Origin: an uncultured delta proteobacterium
Lineage (GTDB): Bacteria > Desulfobacterota > Binatia > Binatales > Binataceae
Direction of reading: 5' to 3'
Length of the DNA stretch: 64,000 nucleotides
Assembly: GCA_963842085.1 (NCBI GenBank)
Contig: CAWJET010000002.1
Coordinates: 192,001-256,000 of the forward strand
The notes beneath the pieces are model-generated. The model worked only from the letters and a program-made list of their open reading frames with translations, did not search any database and was not told the origin of the DNA. The translations under genes were made by a program, and so were the position numbers. This document shows positions 48,917 to 59,804 of the stretch, in pieces (positions within the stretch are counted from its first letter, which is position 1; each line of letters begins with the position of its first letter).

Positions 48917-49623
48917 ACCGGGTCGTAGCGGCCGAGGTATTTGCCCGTCGCGGTTGTCACTATCAGATAGGGACTTGAAGCCAGCAGTTTCGCGGCGAGA
49001 CGCGGGGTCATGTCGGGGCGGATGGTTTGTGGAGCGCGCTTCATGGCATCGAGCGCGCGCGGTGCGGCGTCGGATTGTTCGATCGCGCCGAGCAGGACTC
49101 CTTCGGAATTGAGCACGACGGCGCGCGGGGCTGGTGAATCGGGAGAAGCCGGCGAAACGGAGTCTTCGGGGCCGAGGCGGACGAGGTCGTCGCGCATGAA
49201 CTCAGCAACACGGACGCGGTCGGAGTAGCGAATCCAGAAAGAGCGGAGACCGGGCACGAGATTGTTGACGAAATAGGGAAGCGCGCGTATCCGCTCCGAG
49301 AGCGGCGCGGGCGGATCGGTAGGCAATCCGCGGACAAGCCAATCGGCTTTGCCGCAGAAGTAGTGAAGAACGTAGGTGAAGCCCAGTATCTCGAGCTGCG
49401 CCGCAGCTCGCGCGCTAAGGTCTCACAGGGAGTCGCGGCAATAGACGACGACCGGGCGCTTGCGGTCGAGCGAAGCAGGTGCGTCGCGGATAATGTGGCG
49501 CAGTGGAATGTGAATAGCGCCGCTGATGTGAGCGGTATCGTACTCATGCGACGGAAGAACGTCGACGATTTGCGCGCCGAACGAGCGCATCTGGGCGAGT
49601 TCGCGATGGCGAATCTCGCGCAC
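48886..49623 (-). CDS. Probable selenoprotein: rhodanese domain (Sec67) fused to a degenerate CBS pair
   Basis: Track ORFs 49423-49623 and 48886-49326 share one frame and are separated only by the TGA at 49425-49423. Read-through gives YCRDSL-U-DLSARAAAQLEILGFTYVLHYFCGKADWLVRGLP, completing the rhodanese fold. A hairpin follows the UGA. Confidence 0.8.
49392..49410 (-). promoter_or_regulatory. Candidate bacterial SECIS element
   Basis: mRNA CGAGCUGC-GGC-GCAGCUCG: 8-bp perfect stem starting 12 nt after the UGA, with a G-led loop. Confidence 0.65.
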
Positions 49624-49625
49624 GA

Positions 49626-50990
49626 CTACGCGCGCATCGCAGCCAGCGCGGAGAGGGCGGTGTCGACGATCGTCTCACCGCTGCCGGCGGCGATTCGCGC
49701 GGTATCGACTTCGTAACCGCCCTCGGCATACGCGGCGCGGGTGGGAATGTAGCCGATCAGATCGTTGCAGTAGCCGGCGACAAAGGTCTGCGCGAAGTAC
49801 GGGTTTGCCCTTAGCGCGAGGCCCAGCTCGACGAAGAGCTCACCGGGGATGCCGACGATCGCGAGATCGCCAAGCGCGAGGATGGTCATCGCGGTGGCAA
49901 GTTCGCGGCGCGCAATATCGACGCGGCGGTCGCGGCGATTTTGCTCCTCGAGGGCTTCCAGAGCGCTCAACGCCGAGAGCGATTGCGCGTGATGGTCGCG
50001 CAGGCGCTTCAACTGGTTGCCGTCGCCGCCGCGATGATTGTCGAGCGAGGCCTGGGTCTGGGCGGCGCAATCACGCGCGACGGCGAGGTCGGCGCTGAAG
50101 TCTTTGAGTTTGAGGTTGAGCGCGATCCTGCGCGCGGCGATGCGAGCGCCGGCAATCGAAGGCGCGCGCGAGAGCGCGTCGAACGCCGCGCGGCCCATCG
50201 CGCGGCCGTGTTGCTCGGCGACTGCGAAGTTGCCGCGGCTGCGCGGATCGATGTTGCCGGTCGCGCCCTGGATGAAAATCGAAATTGGGCGCGGGCCGTT
50301 TGCGGAGGCGGTCGCGCTTTCTATTTCGTCCATCGCGAAGCCGGGCCAGTCGCGCGAGTAGTGCAGATTGTCTTCGCACAGCACGACGCCGTGGCATGGG
50401 TAGTTCATCAGGAATGCGAGGGGAATTCCGTCCGAGCGATAGGCGCCGAGGGCCTGGACTTCAGTATCGGCCGGACCGGAGCGATTTGCGGCAAGCTGAA
50501 TTTGACGCTGCGGACGCATCAGGCGGCGATTGATTCCGAGCGTGAACGGGGCGCTGGCGGCGCGGAGGATCGCAGGCTCGAGATTTTCGTTGGCCTGAAT
50601 AATGGCCGAGGCGATCTTTCCGGGCAGCGCCCGTTCCCATTCGAGGTCGCGGCCGTCCGCGGGTTTCGCGTCGGCGCGCGGAGTCGCGAAGATGTTGAAG
50701 GCGGGGGCGGAATGAGTGTGAGTAGCGCAAACGAGGATCGAATCGGCGGGGATTCCGGTGATTGCGGCGGCGCGCTCGCGAATGTCGTCGGCGATGCGAA
50801 CCCCGAGCGCGAGAAGATCAACACCGACGATGGCGACCCTGGTGGCGCCGTCGTGGAGCACGAGGGCTTGCGCGGCGAGGTCGTCGTGCACGCCCTGGTT
50901 GCGGCCGATGCGGCTGCCGTAACCGAGCATCGCAAGGCCGGCGGGCGGATCGAGTTTTACGCGCGCAGCGCCGGCGTGGAAGGAGCTCAT
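49626..50990 (-). CDS. Neutral/alkaline ceramidase N-terminal-domain family hydrolase
   Basis: GVHDDL, CATHTHSAP, NYPCH, DWPG, QGATGN, PGELF and GYIPT..Y..GGYE motifs. Confidence 0.85.
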   Translation of the reverse strand: MSSFHAGAARVKLDPPAGLAMLGYGSRIGRNQGVHDDLAAQALVLHDGATRVAIVGVDLLALGVRIADDIRERAAAITGIPADSILVCATHTHSAPAFNIFATPRADAKPADGRDLEWERALPGKIASAIIQANENLEPAILRAASAPFTLGINRRLMRPQRQIQLAANRSGPADTEVQALGAYRSDGIPLAFLMNYPCHGVVLCEDNLHYSRDWPGFAMDEIESATASANGPRPISIFIQGATGNIDPRSRGNFAVAEQHGRAMGRAAFDALSRAPSIAGARIAARRIALNLKLKDFSADLAVARDCAAQTQASLDNHRGGDGNQLKRLRDHHAQSLSALSALEALEEQNRRDRRVDIARRELATAMTILALGDLAIVGIPGELFVELGLALRANPYFAQTFVAGYCNDLIGYIPTRAAYAEGGYEVDTARIAAGSGETIVDTALSALAAMRA

Positions 50991-52234
50991 TTCAGTCTGG
51001 CTCCAGCGAGTTCGGTGGCTCTGGAAGCCACTTTGGCCGCTGCGGCGACGATGTCGTCGAGGTCGCGGTCGTCGCCCAGCAGGCATTCGTGCGGGATCGA
51101 AACGAGCGCGTGCTCGAAGAGGCGTTCGGCGACGGGGCAATCGATCGCGGTATCAGGATTGGCGCCGGCAAGCTCGCAGGCTTTGCGATAGGCGGCGGAC
51201 TCGCGCGGGAACAGTGCGGAGCGATAGACAGGATCGTTGGCGACGCCGCATGGAATGCCTTCGGCGCGAAGTGCGCGGACGAATCGATTACGCGACGCGC
51301 CAAGCGCGGATTCGTCGATGAGAAAAACGAATGCGTAGATGACTTCGCGCGTGACGCGTGGATCGCGCGCGACCGGCGTCAGTCCCCTGACGGCGGCGAG
51401 TCCTTCGCGCAGGCGGGCGGCGGCGCGGCTCTTGTGCTCGATCTGTTCGGGGATGCGCGCGAGCTGCGCGAGCAGGATGCCGCATTGCCATTCGGTCATG
51501 CGGTAGTTCGCGCCCATCAGCGGACCTTCGAAGTGATCGCCGGGGCGGCGCCGTCCACAATTGATCAGCGACTGGCATCGCTGCTCGAGATCGGGGTCGT
51601 CGGTTACGATCATCCCGCCTTCGCCCGCAGTCATCGGCTTGGAGGACTGGAAACTGAAGCATCCGAGAGCGCCGTGAGTGCCGACGCCGCGATCGCGGAA
51701 TCGAGCGCCGGGGACGTGAGCGCAATCCTCGACCAGTGGAATCGAATTCGCGCGCGAAATTTCGGCGAGCGCGTCGAGGTCGGCGAGTGACGCGCCGTAA
51801 TGGACCGGAATGATGGCCTTGGTGCGGCGCGTGATGAGGCGCTTGACGGATTCGGGATCGATGCATGCGTTGGCGGCGCTGACGTCGGCGAAGACGGGAC
51901 GCGCCATGCATGCGACGGCGGCGTAAGGGGTCGCGGCGAAAGTGATCGCGGGGACGATGACCTCGTCACCGGCGCCGATGCCGAGCGCTTTGAGGGCGAC
52001 CTCGAGTGCGCTGGTGCCGGAAGTGGTCGGGATGGCGAAGCGAGCGCCCTGATACGCGGCGAAGGCCGCGGCGAACCCGGCGGCCTTGCGATTGGGGCTG
52101 GGGTAGCCGCCCCAGCTTGACGAGGTAAGGACGTCCTCGAGTTGCGCGCGTTCGCGGGCGTCGAAGACTGGCCACGGCGGGAAGGGGCGGGTGCGAAGGG
52201 GCTGTCCGCCGAGGATTGCGAGGGTGGAGGGCAT
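50987..52234 (-). CDS. DegT/DnrJ/EryC1/StrS aminotransferase (RifK/BtrR-like subgroup)
   Basis: FPPWP N-terminus, SGTSAL, EDCAH, FSFQSSKPMTAGEGG and NYRMTEWQ motifs. Confidence 0.92.
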   Translation of the reverse strand: MPSTLAILGGQPLRTRPFPPWPVFDARERAQLEDVLTSSSWGGYPSPNRKAAGFAAAFAAYQGARFAIPTTSGTSALEVALKALGIGAGDEVIVPAITFAATPYAAVACMARPVFADVSAANACIDPESVKRLITRRTKAIIPVHYGASLADLDALAEISRANSIPLVEDCAHVPGARFRDRGVGTHGALGCFSFQSSKPMTAGEGGMIVTDDPDLEQRCQSLINCGRRRPGDHFEGPLMGANYRMTEWQCGILLAQLARIPEQIEHKSRAAARLREGLAAVRGLTPVARDPRVTREVIYAFVFLIDESALGASRNRFVRALRAEGIPCGVANDPVYRSALFPRESAAYRKACELAGANPDTAIDCPVAERLFEHALVSIPHECLLGDDRDLDDIVAAAAKVASRATELAGARLK

Positions 52235-52438
52235 CGAGGTTAATCTAAACTATTACTTTAAGCACAAAAAGTCGTTGGCATGTGGGCGAATCGCACCTCC
52301 GTCAGATCGAAACCGGCGCGATTCTGATTCATCGAGTTCAGGCGAAAACGGCGATTTTATACCATATGTTGTGGTTTTGGGACGGCTGCGGTCTATCGGT
52401 GGGTTCGTTCCGTCAAAAAGTGATTTCCGTGCGGAGAA

Positions 52439-52468
52439 CCGGCGTCGCTCCAGTTCGGGCGACGCCGG
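52439..52468. terminator. GC-rich hairpin, possible terminator downstream of the ABM gene
   Basis: CCGGCGTCGC(TC)-CAGTTC-(GG)GCGACGCCGG; only a short U-tract. Confidence 0.4.
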
Positions 52469-52563
52469 GATTTGATGACGCCTATCCACACCTTACTCGT
52501 ATCACAGAAAATCCGACTCGGTCAGGCTGAATGGTTCATCCCCAACCGTTCTCGCCATCGATG

Positions 52564-52863
52564 CTACTTGCGGGCGACTTCGGTGAGTACCGCGATTTCG
52601 GGGCGGCCGGCCAGCAGGGCGCCGATTTTCCCGCCGAAGGCTTTCATGTGATCGGTCTTGCCGTGCGCGTCGAGCGCGGCCTGGTCCTGGTAAACCTCGT
52701 AGTAGATGAATTCGGTTGGGTCCTTGGTATTTTTGTGGAGGACATAGGCGAGGGTGCCGGGCTCGGCGGTTTTCACCGTCGCGATCATTTCCCTGCCCGC
52801 GGCTTCGAATGCGGCTTCGCTGCCGGGCTTCACTTTCAGTTTCGCGATCACGGTAATCGGCAT
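52564..52863 (-). CDS. ABM-domain (putative quinol monooxygenase) protein
   Basis: EPGTLAY, FIYYEVY and AH..TDH motifs; AGGAG SD. Confidence 0.9.
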   Translation of the reverse strand: MPITVIAKLKVKPGSEAAFEAAGREMIATVKTAEPGTLAYVLHKNTKDPTEFIYYEVYQDQAALDAHGKTDHMKAFGGKIGALLAGRPEIAVLTEVARK

Positions 52864-53140
52864 CGTGGGTCTCCTTGAAGAATCAGATTCATCTACCGTG
52901 GTATCCGCACGCGCGCGGTTTTTCAAGGCAAATCGGCAGGGCACGCCCTGCACCGAGTGGTTCTTGGATTGTTCTCCCGTCTCGTGCTCCTTCGTCGCAC
53001 TGCATTGTCTGCCACCCCAAAGGGGTGCGACGGCGCCGTACGGTCCCAGAATCCAGAGCGCGGCGGCTCTTTCATTGCATCGCGCGGTCGGTTAACACCA
53101 GTTGCTGCGAGCTGAAGATCGATAGCGGGAGAATATCACG

Positions 53141-54283
53141 ATGCTTGGTTTCGATTTGACCGACGAACAGCGCGAACTGAAAGAGCTGGCGCATAAGTTT
53201 GCCGAGCAGGAAATAATACCGCGCGCACGCGAATACGACGAGAAGGAAATTTTTCCGGTGGACGTGTGCGAGAAGGCGTTCGCAGCGGGGCTGATGAATT
53301 TCGGCGTGCCGAAGGAGCTGGGCGGGCCGGGACTCGGCGTGCTCGACACGAGCCTGATCGTCGAAGAGCTGAACTACGGATGCGCGGGAATCTCGAACGC
53401 GGTGGGAGCCAACGACCTGGCGACGCTGCCGATTCTGATCGCGGGCAACGAGGCGCAGAAGCGGACCTACCTGGGGCAGTTGGTCAAGAAGCTGACGTTC
53501 TGCGCGTTCGCGATCACGGAACCGGGCGCGGGCTCGGACGTCGCCGCGATGAGCACGGCGTACCGGCGCGAGGGCGACGAGTTCGTCCTCAACGGCACCA
53601 AGCATTTCATCTCGAACGGGTCGCGCGCGGACTGGTACGTCACCTTCGCGACCTCGGACAAGCGGCTCAAGCACAAGGGCATCTCGTGCTTCGTGTTTCC
53701 GTCGAGCGTGTCGGGAATCACGCGCAACCGGATGCATGGAAAGCTCGGGCAACGCGCGGCCGACACCGGCGAAATCTTTTACGAGGACGTGCGAATCCCG
53801 GCCAGCGCGCTGGTCGGGCGCGAGGGCGAGGGTTTCAAGTATGCGATGGCGACGTTCGATCACAGCCGGCCGGAGATTGGCGCGATCGCAATCGGGATCG
53901 CGCAGCGCGCGCTCGACGAATGCCTGAAGTACTCGAAGCAACGCAACGCTTTCGGGCAGCCGATCGCAAACTTCCAGGCGATCCAGTTCATGATGGCGGA
54001 CATGGCGATCGAAATCGAAGCGATGCGGCTGCTGACCTACAAGGCGGCGTGGCTGGTCGATCGCGGCGAGGGCGCCAACACGATTTCAGCCTATGCGAAG
54101 GCATTCAGCGCCGACGCGACGATGCGGATCACGACCGACGCGGTGCAGATTTTCGGCGGCTACGGCTACATGAAGGAATACCCGGTCGAGAAGCTGATGC
54201 GCGACGCGAAGCTGCTGCAGATTTACGAAGGCACGTCGCAGATCCAGCGCGTCGTGATCGCGCGGAATTTGTTGAAGGAGTGA
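53141..54283 (+). CDS. Acyl-CoA dehydrogenase
   Basis: FAITEPGAGSD, NGTKHFISNG, QIFGGYGY and IYEGTSQIQR motifs. Confidence 0.96.
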   Translation: MLGFDLTDEQRELKELAHKFAEQEIIPRAREYDEKEIFPVDVCEKAFAAGLMNFGVPKELGGPGLGVLDTSLIVEELNYGCAGISNAVGANDLATLPILIAGNEAQKRTYLGQLVKKLTFCAFAITEPGAGSDVAAMSTAYRREGDEFVLNGTKHFISNGSRADWYVTFATSDKRLKHKGISCFVFPSSVSGITRNRMHGKLGQRAADTGEIFYEDVRIPASALVGREGEGFKYAMATFDHSRPEIGAIAIGIAQRALDECLKYSKQRNAFGQPIANFQAIQFMMADMAIEIEAMRLLTYKAAWLVDRGEGANTISAYAKAFSADATMRITTDAVQIFGGYGYMKEYPVEKLMRDAKLLQIYEGTSQIQRVVIARNLLKE

Positions 54284-54391
54284 ACCAGCAACTTTATTGT
54301 AACGAAACCCGCCGTGGGTTTCGTGCTTCCTTGGGCAGGGCTGTCGCCACCGGCGCGGACCCCTGCACCTTGGTATCAAGAGGGTAGCGCG

Positions 54392-54679
54392 TCAGTCCGC
54401 AGGCGTCGCGACAGGATGCGGGATCGGCGGGTCTTCGTCGGCAGGCTCGTTGCCGGTGATAGAGCCGACGTAACCGCCCTCGTGATAGACGTCGACCTGG
54501 CCGGTGGTCGGGTCGGGCAGCAGGTTCCATTCGTCGGGGGGCGGCTGATCGGTGGAGGGCGGCATATAGACGATCGGCTCAGGTGCGGGAGCAGGGGGCG
54601 GCGGCGGAGTCGCGGAGCATGCCGCGATCGCGATGGACAAAAGCAGAGGGAACGCGGCTCGCGAAATCCTTTGATTCAT
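54392..54679 (-). CDS. Small Pro-rich lipoprotein, hypothetical
   Basis: Lipobox IAAC after a hydrophobic stretch. Confidence 0.6.
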   Translation of the reverse strand: MNQRISRAAFPLLLSIAIAACSATPPPPPAPAPEPIVYMPPSTDQPPPDEWNLLPDPTTGQVDVYHEGGYVGSITGNEPADEDPPIPHPVATPAD

Positions 54680-54774
54680 GGTGCGTCGGTAATTCGCGCA
54701 GAGAAGAATCTAGAGATTATCTTGTCGCCAGATTGCACGAATCGCAAGTGGCGCGGCGCCAACGACGGCGAGCG

Positions 54775-55716
<942 letters not shown>

Positions 55717-55731
55717 AGTAGTTATCCCGGG

Positions 55732-56916
55732 TCAGCGGCGGTTTTCGCGCACGATGGCGCGGACGGTTTCGATCACGTAGGCGACGTCGTCGTCGGTCAT
55801 CGCGGCGTAGATGGGGAGCGACAGGCAGCGGCTGAAAATGTCTTCGGCGACGGGAAAGTCGCCGTCGCGGTAGCCGTAAGTGCGCTGATAGTAGTGCATC
55901 GTGTGCAGCGGGATGCAGTGCACGGAGCATCCGACGCCGCGCTCGCGCAGCATCTCGACGAACTGATTGCGGCCGAGCTTGAGGCGTTCGGGGCGCAGCC
56001 GCAGCACGTAGAGATGCCAGGCGTGCTCGATGCCGGGCTCGGAGTACGCGGGCTGCAGGGCGTCGTCGGCGCGGAAGGCCTGGTTGTAGGCGAGCGCGAT
56101 TTCGTTGCGCCGGCGCATGAAGCCGTCGGCGCGCTTGAGCTGGGCCAAGCCGATGGCGGCGTGCACGTCGGACAGGTTGTACTTGAAGCCCATGTCGTGG
56201 ATCTCGTAGTACCACGAGCCGCTCTTGTCGTAGCGCTTCCACGCGTCCTTGTTCATTCCGTGCAGGCTGGCAATCGCGATTTTTTCGGCGAGTGCGTCGT
56301 CGGCGGTGGTGATCATGCCGCCCTCAGCGGTGGTGAAATTTTTGGTGGCGTAGAAGCTGAAGCAGGTGAGGTCGCCGATGGCGCCGATTTTCGCCACCCC
56401 GCGTCCGTCCATGTGGCGCGCGGAGCCGGCGGCGTGGGCGGCGTCCTCGACGACTTTCAGATTGTAGGTGCGCGCGATGTTGAGAATGCGATCCATGTCG
56501 CAAGCGTGGCCGGCGAAGTGCACGGGCAGGATCGCGCGGACGCGCCGGTGGGCGCCGCTTTCCAGCGCCTCCTCGATGCGGGCGGGGTTGATGTTGAAGG
56601 TGCCGGGATCGACGTCGACGAACACCGGGCGCGCGCCGAGGTAGCCGAGAATCTCGGCGGTCGCGGTGAAGGTGAACGGGGTGGTGATAACCTCGTCGCC
56701 GGGGCCGATGCCGAGCGCCCATAGCGAAAGATGGAGCGCGCCGGTGCAATGCGCGACGGCGAGCGCGTGCTTCGCGCCGACGTATTCCGCGAACTCACTC
56801 TCGAAGCGCTTGGCCTTGGGGCCGGTGGTGATCCATCCGGAGCGCAGCGTGTCGAGCACCTCGCGCTCCTCGTCGGGTCCAATCGACGGACGATGGAATG
56901 CTACTTGTCGCATCAT
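55732..56916 (-). CDS. DegT-family sugar aminotransferase (ArnB/SpsC-like)
   Basis: SGWITTGP, EDAAHA, FSFYATKNFTTAEGG and GFKYNLSD motifs. Confidence 0.93.
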   Translation of the reverse strand: MMRQVAFHRPSIGPDEEREVLDTLRSGWITTGPKAKRFESEFAEYVGAKHALAVAHCTGALHLSLWALGIGPGDEVITTPFTFTATAEILGYLGARPVFVDVDPGTFNINPARIEEALESGAHRRVRAILPVHFAGHACDMDRILNIARTYNLKVVEDAAHAAGSARHMDGRGVAKIGAIGDLTCFSFYATKNFTTAEGGMITTADDALAEKIAIASLHGMNKDAWKRYDKSGSWYYEIHDMGFKYNLSDVHAAIGLAQLKRADGFMRRRNEIALAYNQAFRADDALQPAYSEPGIEHAWHLYVLRLRPERLKLGRNQFVEMLRERGVGCSVHCIPLHTMHYYQRTYGYRDGDFPVAEDIFSRCLSLPIYAAMTDDDVAYVIETVRAIVRENRR

Positions 56917-57006
56917 GTGTGATTCGGTTGAATTCGGCGCAACCCGTTTGCCGGGTTAGCTTCGGAGTATAAGGGATAGGTCAAAAGCGGAGCAAGGCGG
57001 AAGTCG

Positions 57007-58668
57007 ATGAGGCGCGCAGGATGGGCCGCGGCAGCGGCGGTGGTCGGATGGTATGTGTTTGCGCTTTGGGTATTGCATCCGCTGACCGACGCGCCGGTGG
57101 TGGATAGCTGGCTGTATGGCTCGGCCGTGCGGCGCTTTCTGCGCACGGGCGAGATCAGGTTTGCCGGCTATACGCAGGCGATGCCGATAGCGCAGGTCGT
57201 CTACGGCGTAGCGTGGGCGCACGCGTTCGGCGGGAACTCGGTGTCGCTGGAGCTTTCGACAGTGACGCTGGCGGTGCTGTGCGGAGTGATGTTCCATGCG
57301 CTGGCGCTCCGATGCGGCGCGCCGCGATGGCAGGCGCTGGCGGCGACGGGGCTGCTGATCTGCAATCCTTGCTTCACCTTCCTGAGCTTTTCGTTCATGA
57401 CCGAAATTCCGTTCCTGACGGCGATGGTCGCGGCGCACCTGGCGTTCGCCAAAGCGGAAGGACCGCGCGAGCGGTTGTGGCTGTGGCTGTCGGCGGCGAT
57501 GGCGGTGATCGCTTTCCTGATCCGGCCGTTCGGCGCGATGGCGATTGCCGGGTGCGTCGGCGCGATGATCCTTTACGACGCGGGGCCGCGAGGACCGAAT
57601 CGCTGGAATCGGGCGCAGGCGATCAGGATGATGGCGCCGTTCGGCGCGGCGCTGGCAATTTGCGCGGGGCTGTGGATTTGGCTGACGGTCCTGGGCCCGA
57701 AACCGTGGGACCTGCAGCTCAACGAAATGCATCTCCGCTACCTTTTTCAGGTGCCGCTGGCCAATTACCTCCGCGCGGGTGTGCTCGGCCCGGCGCTTTA
57801 TCTGGGCACGGTGCTGTCGCCGCTTGCAATTTTACAATTCACGATGCCACGCTGGCGGCGGGTGGTAATGGGCGCCGGGGTAATTTTCGCCTCCGCACTG
57901 ATCCTGATGGAGCTAGACGATCTGCTGCCGGTGACGCCCGAGTACAGTTGCTTTGGCGGATGGCACAACGTGCTGATACTGCGCGGGGGCTCGAATCGAT
58001 TTTTATGGGAGGACGATTGGCAATACGCGTTCCTGGCGCTGGCGAGCGTGGGTGCCGCGGGATTTTTCGCCGCCTTTGCGGAAATCTTCAGAACTTTGGG
58101 ACGAGCGGCTGCGGCGCTCGTGATGGCGGCGACAATTTACTGGGCCTCGACGATACCGCTGTGGTTTTACAACGACCGCTACTACCTGGTGCTGGTCCCG
58201 GCCGGCGCGCTCGTACTTGCGCTCGCGCCGATCCCGCGAAGCAGGCTGGTGCAGGCCGCGGCATTTGCGATGACGCTGGCGATGGGCCTGATGTCGCTCG
58301 GCGGGACCTATGCGTATCAGCGCGGGCTGGCGGTGATCCTGGCGACGCGCAACGAACTGGAACGCGAGGGCGTTGCACGCTCAGCGATCGACGCCGGCTA
58401 CGCACTCAACGGCGAGGATCTTTACCGGTATCCCAAGCATGGGATTGAAACGATGCAGCTCGAAGCTGGAATCCCGATGATCACGTCGCAGAAAGCGGGT
58501 GAATACACGATCACGAGCCAGCCTGGCGCCGGCGTCGATGTTATGCGGCGGCTCAAGTGGCCGGGACCGTTCGGGCTGGGCCATCGGTACTTATACCTGG
58601 TGAGGAACCACGTCGCAGGCGGCGGCAATCCGCCGAAGGCGTTACCGGCGGGGCCGCCGCGGAACTAG
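57007..58668 (+). CDS. GT-C (GT39/ArnT-like) membrane glycosyltransferase
   Basis: Multi-TM; PVVDSWLY, SFMTEIPF and DRYYL patterns. Confidence 0.78.
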   Translation: MRRAGWAAAAAVVGWYVFALWVLHPLTDAPVVDSWLYGSAVRRFLRTGEIRFAGYTQAMPIAQVVYGVAWAHAFGGNSVSLELSTVTLAVLCGVMFHALALRCGAPRWQALAATGLLICNPCFTFLSFSFMTEIPFLTAMVAAHLAFAKAEGPRERLWLWLSAAMAVIAFLIRPFGAMAIAGCVGAMILYDAGPRGPNRWNRAQAIRMMAPFGAALAICAGLWIWLTVLGPKPWDLQLNEMHLRYLFQVPLANYLRAGVLGPALYLGTVLSPLAILQFTMPRWRRVVMGAGVIFASALILMELDDLLPVTPEYSCFGGWHNVLILRGGSNRFLWEDDWQYAFLALASVGAAGFFAAFAEIFRTLGRAAAALVMAATIYWASTIPLWFYNDRYYLVLVPAGALVLALAPIPRSRLVQAAAFAMTLAMGLMSLGGTYAYQRGLAVILATRNELEREGVARSAIDAGYALNGEDLYRYPKHGIETMQLEAGIPMITSQKAGEYTITSQPGAGVDVMRRLKWPGPFGLGHRYLYLVRNHVAGGGNPPKALPAGPPRN

Positions 58669-59747
58669 CTGGCGCTGCCGGGGGCGGGGCCCGGCATCAC
58701 GTAGGTCGGGACGCCGCTCTTCTGCTCGACGGCCTTTTCGAGCTTCTGCATATCGATCTGATCGGTAAATCCCTGCCGATCCGCTTCCTTCTGTGCGTAG
58801 GCCCACAGGCCGGCGTACTTGCCATAGAGATCTTCGTGGACTTCGACGTAAAGCGAGTCGCCGCGCCATCCGAACTTCACCGGCTGATAGACGAACATCC
58901 CCGGCGTGCCGATTTTCACCTTGTTGAAGAGCCGTTCGATGTCCTCGGGATAAAGCCGGATGCATCCATGGCTGACTTCCATGCCGACGCCCCACGGTAC
59001 GTTGGTGCCATGCAGCGCGTACTCGGGCAGAGTCAGTTCGATCCGGTAATGGCCGAGCGGATTGTCGGGATCGTCGCCCGAGACCATGTGCTCGGCTTCA
59101 CCGTCACGCTCGAGATGTTCTTCGTAGATGTCCTCGGGCACGACCCAGGTCGGATTGCGAGTCTTGCCGCGGACCCTGAAATCTCCGACCGGGGTTTTCC
59201 AATCGAAACGCCCGAGGCCGACGGGGAATGTGTAGACAACAGACGGCGTGACTCCGCCCGCGTGCTTTTTGCCGGATTCGAACTTGGCAGGTGTGACTTT
59301 ACCTTTGCTGTGGAGCGGTCCGGTCGGCGACGGAAAATAATAGTAGATCCGCATCTCGGGGATGTTCAGGACGATCCCGACGTGAGGGGTGTCGGGCAGA
59401 ATGTGCTCGTCGGGCAGAATGATCACCCTGCCGGCCGGGGGCGCCCACCAGTCGACTCCGGCGTTGGCGTTGGAAATTTCCTTGGCGGTCACGCCGAACC
59501 ATCGCCCGACGTCGAGCAGCGTGTCGCCTTTCTGGATCTGATAGGTGATTAGATTGCCGATGATGTTGTTCTTGCCGTGCGGGAGCGGGAAAGCGTAAAG
59601 CGGACGTTTCTCGAATTCAGCTTCGGTCCACGCGCCGTTGGCGGCGGGAATCGCGACCAACGCAACCAGCAGCAGGGCGGGGAAAAATCGAATCGCGATG
59701 TTAATCAAGCGCTTCATGAAACTTCCGGGTAGCTTGAGAGAATTCAT
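58665..59747 (-). CDS. L,D-transpeptidase (LysM + YkuD domain)
   Basis: GDTLLDV LysM, FPVGLG, NPLG and HGTN..VSHGCIRL motifs. Confidence 0.93.
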   Translation of the reverse strand: MNSLKLPGSFMKRLINIAIRFFPALLLVALVAIPAANGAWTEAEFEKRPLYAFPLPHGKNNIIGNLITYQIQKGDTLLDVGRWFGVTAKEISNANAGVDWWAPPAGRVIILPDEHILPDTPHVGIVLNIPEMRIYYYFPSPTGPLHSKGKVTPAKFESGKKHAGGVTPSVVYTFPVGLGRFDWKTPVGDFRVRGKTRNPTWVVPEDIYEEHLERDGEAEHMVSGDDPDNPLGHYRIELTLPEYALHGTNVPWGVGMEVSHGCIRLYPEDIERLFNKVKIGTPGMFVYQPVKFGWRGDSLYVEVHEDLYGKYAGLWAYAQKEADRQGFTDQIDMQKLEKAVEQKSGVPTYVMPGPAPGSAS

Positions 59748-59804
59748 GCGAACGATCCAGGTGCGGACGGCGTCGTAGCATTCACAGAAATGATAGCGGC
59801 GCGA

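Noticed and set aside
49423-49425. TGA as a simple nonsense mutation (pseudogene)
   Set aside because: Disfavoured but not excluded: it falls in the rhodanese active-site loop at a Cys-like position, has a SECIS-like hairpin, and the rest of the frame is intact.
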